DNA of 64,000 nucleotides from Diplonema japonicum (lineage: Eukaryota; Protista; Euglenozoa: Diplonemea). The position numbers and the translations under genes were made by a program. Position 1 is the first letter of the stretch. Each line of letters starts with the position of its first letter. Positions 1-10,008 of this stretch are shown here, piece after piece. The notes under the pieces were generated by a model that made no database searches, was not told the DNA's origin, and saw only the letters and a list, made by a program, of their open reading frames with translations. Where the stretch lies: positions 930,001 to 994,000 of the forward strand of contig OZ025650.1 in NCBI GenBank assembly GCA_964019335.1, read 5' to 3'.

Positions 1-1
1 A

Positions 2-548
2 CCCTGTTCGTACCTCAACAGGGTTACCATAGGCCCCTACAACACGACTTATATAAACCCTGGTCTTGCTGTGGAGGCGTACATAGACGAGGGGCTCATG
101 CAATTCACCGACCCGAAATGGATCCCCTGGATCGAAGCCCACTCCCCCCTTCTCGCGCGGAACACCGCCACCATCCTCCAGAAAAAGGTGAATATGAAGC
201 GTGACGGGCAGGATGGCGCCATGGCACTCATTGAAGAGCTGGAGGTGTGAACTGAGGGAATTTAAAAAAAAGGGAAATAAACAGGATACCCGTACGGACG
301 CCTTAGAGGCAACAAAGAAGAGGAGGCGTTCGCTGCAAGCAGAAGCGCCCACCTCCCTCGACACTGCACTGGTGAAGGTTAATGAAAAGGAGTTCAAAGA
401 GAAGAAGGTATTTTTTTCCCCTCTTGATTCAAAACCCCAACAGCGCCGTCAAATCGTCGGGAAAGGCATGCCCGTGAAGGCACAGAGATCAGTCAGCGAT
501 ATTCTAGCGGACCTTAAGAAGCCGCCGATCATGTCAGGCATGTCTTGA
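2..548 (+). CDS. 3' part of a gene truncated by the window start, possibly an RsuA/RluB-family pseudouridine synthase; exons <2-244, 285-407, 444-548
   Basis: Open frame from nt 2 reads PCSYLNRVTIGPY..., resembling the C-terminal RxxIGP motif of RsuA-type Psi synthases. GT-AG intron 245-284 (40 nt) joins it to ORF 201-548. Probable in-frame intron 408-443 (36 nt). Confidence 0.45.
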
Positions 549-668
549 TCAGGAGGGTGGATTGTATTGAACAGATCTTTCGTTTCTGTTTGTCCTTTCT
601 CTTTTACCTACTAAAACTCACCCTCTTGCAAGAGAGCAAAAAAAAAAAAAAAAAAAAAAAGAAAAAAA

Positions 669-1796
669 ATGTCTGAATCAGCACCGCAAAAGTTCGTCCC
701 CCGATCACGGTATAGCAGCTCCGCGGTTGAAGGTGGGGGAGGAGGAGGAGGAGGAAGCAGTGGAAAGGGTGGGAAGGGTGACCGTTCGCACGCGAAGGAT
801 GACGATGCGCCTACCGGACGACAAGGGGCATGGACCGGGGGGCGTGGTGGGAAGGGCGAGGGGGGTAAGGGGAGGGAGCCGAGAGAGCGAAGGCCCGAAC
901 CAAAGGAAGGCGAAGAAGGCGAGGAAAAAGAAAAATTCTGGCAGTCCAAGTCACACCACCAGCCGGAAGGAAACAGCAGATTCACAGGGCTGAGGAAATA
1001 TATGGCGCCGGGGAACAAAAGAGGGGGACACCCTGAAGAAGAAGGAGCCGCGAGCAATGCAAAATTTTTCGGAAACCGGAACAAAAAGACATTCCGACAC
1101 CAGACAGACGACCAGGAAGGGCTCAAGGAATACCCAGAGGACCAACACCATCCCTTGTCACACACATGGACCATGCGGTTCAGGAACAGGTCGGAAAATG
1201 CATCCTCTTGGGAGGAGATCCTTGAGAAGCAGTTCACCAACCTGTCAGACGTGTCGACGGTGGAAGAGTTCTGGACAACATACTCGCATCTATACCACCC
1301 GTGTGGGATCCCTGCACAGTGCGATTACCTGATGTTCCAGAAGGGAGTAGAGGCAAATTGGGAGGTATTGAATTTTTGTAAGGGGGAAAAAAAAGATCAT
1401 ACTCGCAGGACCCAGCCAACGTGCACGGCTGTCGTATCAGTGTGAGAATACCTCAAGACCGCCACCACGCTGCGGCAAGTGACATCTGGGAAGATATCTT
1501 GCTGACATGCATTGGAGCTCAGTGGGAAGGGGTGGCCGACACTGTAGTGGGTGTTGTCATCAGCGCGAGGAATAAGTGCGAAGACATCATGATCTGGCTG
1601 AGGCACTCAGAGACAGAGACTGTTGAGGTATGGCTTCAATTTAGAAGAATAAAGACAACACTTGTAGGTTGTTCAGAACCAGCTGAAGAATATCGTCTCC
1701 CGATACACCTCCGCTACCGTCAACTACGTTGTCCTGAACCACCGAAACAGCGCTAATGAAGAGAAGAAGGACGCTCCAATTGCCGAGAAAAAGTAG
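669..1796 (+). CDS. EIF4E: eIF4E cap-binding protein with Gly/charged N-terminal extension; exons 669-1364, 1409-1627, 1668-1796
   Basis: HPLSHTWT, VSTVEEFW and DYLMFQKGV motifs. Removing intron 1365-1408 restores WEDPAN. VVGVVIS...IMIW follows. Intron 1628-1667 leads to stop TAG at 1794. Confidence 0.9.
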
Positions 1797-2175
1797 AAAG
1801 AGACACAAAAAAAGAAAAAGATCATTGAAGGAGGAACGGGATCTGGATTTTGTTTGAATTTTTTCCCCCTCTTTCTATCCTTCAAAGAAAAAAACAAAAC
1901 AAACCGATAGGAAATGAAAGTAAAAGAAAAAAAAATTGTATTTTTTTTTAAAGGAATCCCAAAGGATGACCCTATTCTTTATTTTCTCTGTAGAGCTAGT
2001 AATTCTTGCTTTTAAGTGTTTTTCTTTCTTTTTTTTTTTTAATTTTGGTCTTTTGTTTTCATTTTCTTCTCCACCCCTTCCACCCCCTCTTTCCATTCAC
2101 ACCCCCTCCGTTTTTTTCCCTATCAAAGTCCCCGATGATATTCGATCAGTTCTTTTTTAAAAGACATTATTACAC

Positions 2176-2787
2176 ATGCCGCAATACAAGGGATTGTGTG
2201 TGTTCGACATTGATAACACACTGACGAGGGGGGCAGCAGCGGGGATGGAGTGCAATGAAAAAAAAGGAATTCGTTTTACACCAGAATGCAACAAGTGCGA
2301 AGGGGATAGAAGCGCAGCGGGGCTTGGGTTCAAGGGTGCTTCAACCTACCCGGGGGCGTATGCGAAGGAAGCAATTCGGCACTGTAGGGAACAAGGCTAT
2401 GCTGTGGGTGTTGCCACGTACGCACGATGTGCTGCGCAGGGTCCTGCGGGGGTCGATTCTCGGCTTCAGTTTCTAAGCGGCATGGGGCTTCCCCACAGCG
2501 TCGTGTCCCGTGACCCCTCAGGCACCTACCACAAAGGCCCCGCCTTGATGTGCTATAGCAGCACCACCCCGAACAAGGGCACCATGGTTAAAAAGCTCAT
2601 GGACAACTTCTCCGTGAGCCCGTCCCACACTGTCTTCTTCGACGATCAGAAACGGTTTTTAAAGCAAGTCAAGCCAACTCATGCGCATACCCAGCTTGCT
2701 TCCTCATCGTGCCATGGTGTGTACTGCCCCACTGGGTGCGGGCTAACAAAGACAGAGTTTAAAAGGGGAATGCACAAAGTTTCATGA
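2176..2787 (+). CDS. HAD-superfamily hydrolase (Cys-rich)
   Basis: Motif I VFDIDNTLT, motif II VAT, motif III Lys (NKG), motif IV FFDD. Confidence 0.7.
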   Translation: MPQYKGLCVFDIDNTLTRGAAAGMECNEKKGIRFTPECNKCEGDRSAAGLGFKGASTYPGAYAKEAIRHCREQGYAVGVATYARCAAQGPAGVDSRLQFLSGMGLPHSVVSRDPSGTYHKGPALMCYSSTTPNKGTMVKKLMDNFSVSPSHTVFFDDQKRFLKQVKPTHAHTQLASSSCHGVYCPTGCGLTKTEFKRGMHKVS

Positions 2788-2916
2788 TGAACGTTATTAT
2801 TTTTTTTTTTGTCCTGCACTTTGAGTTTTTTTTAATATTGCTGGGCGGATCTAGTGTGTTGTTAAAATATTACCCCTTTATCAGGATGTGACGCCCCACT
2901 TTCCTTCCACCACAAC

Positions 2917-3865
2917 ATGTGGTTGCTGGTCATAGATGTACAGCTCTGCAGCATCGGGTCTGTGTATCTTAGTAAGTATCTTCTTGACAACTCGGGCGAC
3001 GGGCATTTCACAATTGCAGCACTGCAGCTGTTGATAAAATGGTTGTTGTTGGAGCTAGTGGTGCAGACGGGGTATTTCAAGCTGGCGCCCAAGCAAGTGG
3101 GGTTGCTGCAGCGGACGCACACGACGGGGATGATGACGGCGGCGTTGGGGTATGCTTTGACACACGTGGCGGGGCTGATGTCTTTGGGGGACAACAGCCT
3201 CCTGCTTGATCAGACCACCAAGATGGCAATGGTGCCCGCGACAGTGTTGTTCCAGCTGTTCGTGCGAGGGAACCCCATCCCTCTGTATTCATGGACGGCA
3301 CTGGCAGCAACGCTGTCGGGGTGTGTGCTGTACTTCACAGCCGACGTGAATGCCACAGGGATAGGGGGCGTGGTCTGCGTGGCGTACTTCATCATAAGAA
3401 CATTTTATGACTTCTGCGTGATGGAAAAGGATGATGAGTACGAGCCCCCGTCCGGCAGCACCTATCGGATAGAACCGCTCAGTGCAGCGATGCTGTTCGT
3501 TGCCGCACCTCTGACGGAGCCTAACTGGTATGATGGGAGAAGGAAAGTGTCATAAAAAAAACAGGTACGACATCGCCACATCCTGGACCACTCTTCTCCT
3601 CGTCACCCTGGGCTCCATGGCACACCTCTTCGCACACATCGGAATGATCGCCATTGTTGAACGTGCAAATGTTGCCGCCGTCTCGATCTTTTTTTGCGTT
3701 CTTAAGCTCTTCCTCTTCGTCATCATAGAGTGCATCATCATTGGCCGCACCACGATCGTTGCCGAGCAGGCCATGGGCATGCTCCTCGTCATGGTGGGCC
3801 TCATGGCAACACTCAACTTCGTAACTGCTCACTGGTATGGGGGTACGGGGGCAAAAAAGAAATGA
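2917..3865 (+). CDS. Multi-pass DMT / nucleotide-sugar-transporter-like protein; exons 2917-3527, 3565-3865
   Basis: Two hydrophobic ORFs are joined in frame by a 37-nt GTATG...ACAG intron (3528-3564). About 9-10 TM segments, a QTTKM motif and a C-terminal KKK. Confidence 0.65.
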
Positions 3866-4442
3866 AAAGAAAAAAAAATACAGCCTGCTTATCATCGGGA
3901 CAATCTATATTACGGTTATCGCGAATGGGTCTTTTCTTTCGCCTTTCCACTTCACCTAGTAAGGCGGAGAAGGGAACAAAATTGCCGTTCACAGTGTCTC
4001 TTCAACTTTGCCATCTTGTGCAGAAAACAACAGCTTTTTCTTTAAAGCATGACGACCACACTGCCACAACCAAGGTGCCCTGTCAGCCTGCGAGCACTTT
4101 ATTTTAAAACTATGTTGTTCATGTGGCCCACATTACATTTCTTACTCCGAAAAAAACCAAAAATTGGTCAATTTGCTGTAGACGGACTATCTTTTTTCCT
4201 TCACAAAAGAAATAGGGTTTGAATGAGGAATAAAAAGCAAAGAAGAAGAAAGAAGGGAGGATGATGTTTTTTGTTCTTTTTCTTGAATTTTCCTTCATGT
4301 TTGGAGGGGCAACACAAAAGTGGGTACTGCCCTTCTCGCCCTGCAGTTATATTTCCTGCTTTTTCTTTTTTAGTTGGAGATTTGTCTTTCGTTCTTTCGC
4401 TTTCATCCCTTCCCTTTCTCTAACCCACCATACTAGCACCAG

Positions 4443-6671
4443 ATGGCCGCAGTGCGAAGGGTGCAAGGCATGAAGAGACAGATGCCTGTGATGCCTTTCA
4501 GAAAGAGGATCATGCGGAGATGCTCTGATGTGGTGAATTTGAAGGACGATGTGGAGGACACGGAAGAGCCGCCTGTGTGGACACGCCTGTGGTACTGCGA
4601 GGTCACGGGGCTTTTAGAAAGCTTTCAAGGTCTGCCTGAGGAGGAGTACCTCCTCGGCGTTCTTGCGGAGGAGGAACGGACGTACCAGATTTTCGACCCC
4701 CTTGCCCTGGAGACGTGGCAGCAAGCCATCCAGATGTGGGCATCCATGCAATGCCTCGAGTGCTTCTCACACACCACTCTCAGCAGGGCTTGTCTCAAGG
4801 TTGTCGTCTCGTCCGTTGTGGACGGCTCGCCTGTTGTGGGTGTCTGGATCCCGACCTACTGGGTGGAGGCATGGGGTGTCGCACGGCATGGGTTCCACGG
4901 CCCCGTCGTTGCATACACAACACCTGAAGAAGCGGCCCAGGGCAGCACTGTCCCCAAGGGCGCCACAGGTATCTACACACCTGTCATGCTGTTTGGCTGG
5001 CTGGCGGTGTGCTGTGATGCTACTGTTTCTAACGCGCAATTCGACACCTACTCCAGCTCCTCCACCTACCTGCATGATGTGTACCACCCTGACGGCTATA
5101 GGCTCATCCTCTCCAATCCCAGACGGGACGTATTGGTTCAGTATATCACCATTCCCTGCAAATGGGAAAGGACAGATGTACCAACGGACGTCACAGAGGC
5201 CGCAATGCAGGAAGCACAACAGTGGGCGGCCACCTCGTCATGGATCATAGAGCGGGAGGTTGCTGTGTCATCATACCTCAGCACACCACAACCGGAGCAC
5301 CTCCTACTGCAGACAGCTACAGATGAGAAGGAGATACTTACCTGCACAGCCTTGGCCACCATCACCCTCGAGTGTACCGTCATGCAAGCCGTGCTTCTGT
5401 CACAAGAGGAGCAAGACGCACGCTACGCGCTGTGCACTGAGCAGTACGAAGCGATGGCCATCGTGACCACGTCTGAGGCCTTGTGGCACAATGCCATCAT
5501 AGGTTCAGACATGATACGGTACGAGGAGCACACCGAGGCGAAGCTGCTGGCTTGCCTGTGGCGCACGAGTCACATGAGGGACTGGGATTCGAGAGGCAAG
5601 TTATTGAGCAAGGAAATTTCTCAAAAGTTGCGGAAAGCCATTGCTAGTGGCACTGAGGATCACGTGTGCATGATAGTGACAACCGTTGACTACGTGCTGA
5701 GCACAGTGTCGCAAAGGGCGCAGCTGTGCGAGTGGGACGCCGAGGTGCTGGCGGGGCTGTTGATGGGTGCAGTAGAAGCTTTTCCAAAAAACAGGTCGCT
5801 CGTTATAGACGCGCTGAATGGCTTCTACCTTGTAGTGCCTGGAAAGGAAAAGAGGACAAGAGACGGGGTGACTACGAAGTACAGGGCGAACTCGAACGAG
5901 TGGCGTGGACTGCTGTGCAAGGTGTTAGTGGATGTGATGGAGAGCTACGATGGACCCGGGGTATTCAGGGCGAACGAGAAGAGCGGCAGCATGGTGATGG
6001 GAGCCTTCCAGTCTGACGCAGAGGCGGCGTTTCGGGAAGTTGCTGGTGTACCGGACGATGTGGTTTTGGTGCACCACGTGCTGAGGGCCTACACAAGCGT
6101 TGGGGGTGCTCATGTCGGGCAAGCCTCGCGCATGAAAGAAGTCCTGTCAGCACTCTCAGTGTACTACGTGTACGTGGCAGTGTTGTGTGAGGGGCTCAAG
6201 GTGCTGCTGGAGATGTTGAGATGCTCGTCGCTCCTGCCAGACTGCGTAACTGAACTCACTGAGACGTGCTTCTCGATATGTCACTCCCTGCTACGCGGAC
6301 ACACAAAGGACATCGGGGCAGACCTAAAGCAGCCTTACGGACTTCTCTTGAACTGCTTTTGCGCCATGTCTGTAGGCTCCTCAGGCGTGCGGCGAACTAT
6401 GGTGCAGCCTTATATCTATGAGTTTGCGGAAAAAGCGCTAAAGAGTTACCCCACCGACCCCTGCATCGTGGATAGGGCACTCACGCTGCTCACCAATCTG
6501 TGCTTTTGCGTAGCTGTGCGGGAGACCATAGCACAGAGCAGCATCCCGAACACGTTGAACAAACTGGCTGCAAACCATCTGCGAACACGACCAAAGCAGT
6601 TAGCTAAGGCTGCGGCGCTGTTGGACACTTATGTGAAGGTGAAGGGGCCGCTCATGGCGATTACAGCGTGA
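4443..6671 (+). CDS. Hypothetical 742-aa protein, C-terminal ARM-like helical region
   Basis: Long uninterrupted ORF with coding-like composition; ARM-like segment RALTLLTNLC. Confidence 0.75.
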   Translation: MAAVRRVQGMKRQMPVMPFRKRIMRRCSDVVNLKDDVEDTEEPPVWTRLWYCEVTGLLESFQGLPEEEYLLGVLAEEERTYQIFDPLALETWQQAIQMWASMQCLECFSHTTLSRACLKVVVSSVVDGSPVVGVWIPTYWVEAWGVARHGFHGPVVAYTTPEEAAQGSTVPKGATGIYTPVMLFGWLAVCCDATVSNAQFDTYSSSSTYLHDVYHPDGYRLILSNPRRDVLVQYITIPCKWERTDVPTDVTEAAMQEAQQWAATSSWIIEREVAVSSYLSTPQPEHLLLQTATDEKEILTCTALATITLECTVMQAVLLSQEEQDARYALCTEQYEAMAIVTTSEALWHNAIIGSDMIRYEEHTEAKLLACLWRTSHMRDWDSRGKLLSKEISQKLRKAIASGTEDHVCMIVTTVDYVLSTVSQRAQLCEWDAEVLAGLLMGAVEAFPKNRSLVIDALNGFYLVVPGKEKRTRDGVTTKYRANSNEWRGLLCKVLVDVMESYDGPGVFRANEKSGSMVMGAFQSDAEAAFREVAGVPDDVVLVHHVLRAYTSVGGAHVGQASRMKEVLSALSVYYVYVAVLCEGLKVLLEMLRCSSLLPDCVTELTETCFSICHSLLRGHTKDIGADLKQPYGLLLNCFCAMSVGSSGVRRTMVQPYIYEFAEKALKSYPTDPCIVDRALTLLTNLCFCVAVRETIAQSSIPNTLNKLAANHLRTRPKQLAKAAALLDTYVKVKGPLMAITA

Positions 6672-6991
6672 CTTCCGTCGCGCAGTAGTGATATTTGTTT
6701 CCCCCAACAGTGTTAGACACTGAAAGTTTTATTTAATTTTTCGTTCCTCCCTTTTTCTCTTTTTTTTGAAAAAGAGTCCCTTTTTTCCTAAAGCAATTTT
6801 AGCCCCAAATGGAAACGATGTTCTCGCTATGATGCGCACCTAGGAATATGGCTCAATGGAACGGGGTCCCTGGAAATGAATATTTAGAAAAAATTGTGTC
6901 CTCTTTTCCCGGTAGAAACTAAGAGTTGCGGTCAAAAAAAACTTAAAGCTTTTCTTGCTTCCCTTCTCCCCCGTTTAAAAAAAAAGAAAAA

Positions 6992-7453
6992 ATGACTAAG
7001 TGGGACGAGAAGTACGTGATGGCGGTTGTGGCTCTCCCGATGTACTTTGTGCTGACGATGGCACCGCACTTTGCGCGGCTGCCCGTGATGGCAAGGTTCA
7101 TGGGTGGCCTGAAGGAGGCGAACGTGGAGCCCAGGAAGGCGTTTGAAGAGTTGGCTAATTCCGATGACTCGAAAGCTGCTTTTGTACGCCGCTGCACTGG
7201 AGCCCACATGAACAGCTGGGAGAACTACATAGTTTTCATTTCTGCCTTGGTGGCTGCTGTTGCAGGGGGCGTGAAGCCTTCTTTCGTTAACGACTGTTCT
7301 CTCATCATCATCCTTGCAAGGCTGTGCTACATTGTGTGTTACCTCAGCTTCGGACAGGGCATCCTCAGCACCATTCGTAGCTTTTTCTATATTGTTGGAC
7401 ATGGTACATGCTTCGCGTTGTGGGTCAAAGCCTCCATGGAAATTTGTGATTGA
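6992..7453 (+). CDS. MAPEG-family membrane protein
   Basis: RCTGAHMNSWEN (RxxxAHxNxxE) and ARLCYIVCY motifs; four TM helices. Confidence 0.8.
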   Translation: MTKWDEKYVMAVVALPMYFVLTMAPHFARLPVMARFMGGLKEANVEPRKAFEELANSDDSKAAFVRRCTGAHMNSWENYIVFISALVAAVAGGVKPSFVNDCSLIIILARLCYIVCYLSFGQGILSTIRSFFYIVGHGTCFALWVKASMEICD

Positions 7454-8369
7454 GGGCCGCCCAAAGAAAAGAACCTCTAACTTCGTATTCACAGACCTAT
7501 CTTATTATTACTCCGAACAAGAAAAAGGGAAGGAACCACACTCTGACATTGTTCCAATCCCAATTTACTCCCCCCTTCCCCCCCCGCCCTCTCTTCTTTT
7601 TTTGCAGCATGCGGCCTTCGCTTTAGGGGTTTGCATGTTAATTTGAGTTTTTTTTCTCCCTTCCATTTGCTCGTTTCACGGGCAGTTCTAGCTATTTTTT
7701 TTTTATTTGACAAGTGCTGCTTAGTTTCTTGTAAAGAACAAAAAAAAGAAAAAAAAAAATGAAAAAGAAAAAAAAGAGAGCAGTGAGTGCTTACCTTATG
7801 ATTTGTATCACGTTGAAATGCTGACTCTTTTTTTTTGTTTTTGTTTGTCCCCTCTTTCTCTGTTTCCCTTTCTTTTGGAAACTCAAAAAAAAAAAAAAAA
7901 AAAAATGACTGTACTTTTTTGTGTCATTTCAATGTAAAGTAGTACCATTATTGATCTTTAGGCTCCATGTGTTCATTGCAGGGCTCAGTTCTTTGTTCTT
8001 CGTAGTAAAGAGAAATGAAAGAAAAAAAAGAAAAAAAAAAGAGTTACAGAAAAAAATGGGTAGTATTAGAAAACAAGATAAATAAGAAAAAGGTTAACCA
8101 AATAGAAAAAAGGGGGAACATAATGTGGCCGGGCACTGACTCCCTCCGGGTGTATTATGTTTTCATTGTCCTTTCTTTGTTTATTGTTTTGCCTTTCCCT
8201 GCCCATCTTTTTTTTTTCTCTCTCTTTTTTTTTTTTTTTTTTGCTTTGTTTCCCAATCTTCTTTCGTTCTTTCTTCCCTTTACTTTTTTTCTTTTTTTTG
8301 AAAAATCCGCTCCCAATCAACTAAGGACAGACCACCCCACCCCACCCCACCCCACACTACAAACACAAA

Positions 8370-8945
8370 ATGTCGATCAACCAACTGACACAGCAGCGAT
8401 TGACCACTCGCACAACAGCGACGTACGAGACTGTGGACACGAACATGAAGAATGAAACACTGCTAGTGAAGGGGCCCATGGGCGAAGGGGAGTGGGTAGG
8501 AGTACCCATGAAGACGGTGGGAGGTGTGCTAGTAGAGAAGCATGTCGAGATTTCTAAGGTGAAAATGGACAAGGATACAGTGGAGAGCCAACTGCACATT
8601 GAACACACACTGCAAGGATACGAAACCTTGCCCCTCCTAGCTTTGAAGTACGGGACAACAGAACTTGACATCTCTCGTTGCAACAGCCTCTTGGGCACCT
8701 TGGACTTCGTCTCACCTGGGACGATTCTCCGAATCCCTGCCAGAGGTGTCACTGACTATGAGCCAGCCGCACCTATATCAGAGAAAGACCTTGCTCTCGT
8801 GAAGTTCCGCGCAATGGCGGCTCCCTGCACCAAAGAAGAGGCAGTGTTCTACTTGCAAGACCACGATTATGATGTACGTGCGGCGTATGAAGCCCGCAAA
8901 ATCGACATCGAGTGGGAAAAGAAGCACCCTAAAAAGACAAAATAG
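8370..8945 (+). CDS. LysM-domain protein with C-terminal UBA-like helix bundle
   Basis: HTLQGYETLPLLALKYGTTELDISRCNSL...GTILRIP is LysM-like; FRAM...EEAVFYLQDHDYDVRAA is UBA-like. Confidence 0.75.
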   Translation: MSINQLTQQRLTTRTTATYETVDTNMKNETLLVKGPMGEGEWVGVPMKTVGGVLVEKHVEISKVKMDKDTVESQLHIEHTLQGYETLPLLALKYGTTELDISRCNSLLGTLDFVSPGTILRIPARGVTDYEPAAPISEKDLALVKFRAMAAPCTKEEAVFYLQDHDYDVRAAYEARKIDIEWEKKHPKKTK

Positions 8946-9235
8946 AACGAAGAAAAAGTATATACCATATGATTTAAAAAAAAAAGAATTCTGTTCCACC
9001 CCACCCCCCTTTTTTTTCCGTAATGCGTTGATTCATGCTCAATTTATATCTAGCACATTTATCCTGTTTCCTTTGGGGGGGGGGGGGGGAGAAATCAGAA
9101 GCATAGCTAGGAGGGAGTTTGATTTTTTTTCTCCTCCCTTTTTTTTCCCCCCATGTTACATAGTTTTCTTTCTTTTTTTTCCCCCCTCCTTCTTTTTCTG
9201 TTACCCTTTTCTTTGTTTCTCTCTCTCCAGGAGTA

Positions 9236-9386
9236 TTTTTTTTTCTTTTTCTTTTTCTTTTTCTTTTTCTTTTTCTTTTTCTTTTTCTTTTTCTTTTTCT
9301 TTTTCTTTTTCTTTTTCTTTTTCTTTTTCTTTTTCTTTTTCTTTTTCTTTTTCTTTTTCTTTTTCTTTTTCTTTTTCTTTTTTTCC
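9236..9386 (+). repeat. (TTTTTC)n microsatellite ending in a CAG, probable trans-splice polypyrimidine tract
   Basis: About 24 perfect hexamer copies followed directly by ttccAG (9387-9388). Confidence 0.9.
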
Positions 9387-9426
9387 AGTCTGCTGAAATT
9401 ACTTCACGCACTCGGACTCTCAGTCC

Positions 9427-9784
9427 ATGCCAAACCTCATTACTTCACGGAAGTATTATAGGTTCGGCAAGTAGCTCCCTCTGCATCTCTCCCACTGGCC
9501 ACTGGCAGGAAAGTACTCCTGTGAAAGCCGAGAGAGGATGAAGGCCAACTGTCCTTCAAATATAATTGAAGTACGTGAAAAGGTTGAGCGAGGAAGTCAG
9601 CCCTACTCTGCCCACATCGAATAGTACAGTACAAGCGAGAGGATGAGTTTGATGACCTGCCAAGGTTCGCCCCTCATGGTGAAGTGATTTCAGAGTCATG
9701 AAACAAAACCCTTACCTACCGCCAAGGAATGCCTTTACCGTCCTCGACACCCTGAGCGGTAAGGTCATTACTTGTTGGCAGTAA
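9427..9784 (+). CDS. Putative small multi-exon gene (about 75-85 aa) not in the ORF track
   Basis: ATG 9427. GC-AG intron 9467-9508 (GCAAGT donor), then intron 9596-9624 or 9571-9629, then 9665-9693, giving MPNLITSRKYYRFGKYSCESRERMK...DTLSGKVITCWQ*. Confidence 0.4.
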
Positions 9785-10008
9785 ATATGCTATTATTTTT
9801 GTTGCCCTCTTTTTCCTCATAATTCGATTACAACAACACCCACGGCATGGCTGAAAAGGCAGCACTTTCGAGGATTCCCGTCGTGGTGACATTCGACTAT
9901 AATTTTTTTTTTGGGGTTTCCTTCCTGGGTATGTTTCACAACAATACTTTTTTTCCTTCTCTTATTTTTTATCTGAAAGTTTTTTATTCATGCAAGGGGG
10001 CAGTAAAC

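Noticed and set aside
8869-9461. ORFs with poly-F, FS or RK runs
   Set aside because: Translations of the (TTTTTC)n microsatellite.
9530-9765. C/D or H/ACA snoRNA cluster (GGATGA/TGATGA boxes, hairpin at about 9732-9764)
   Set aside because: Box spacing and terminal stems are unconvincing; a spliced micro-gene explains the region better, though a snoRNA is not excluded.
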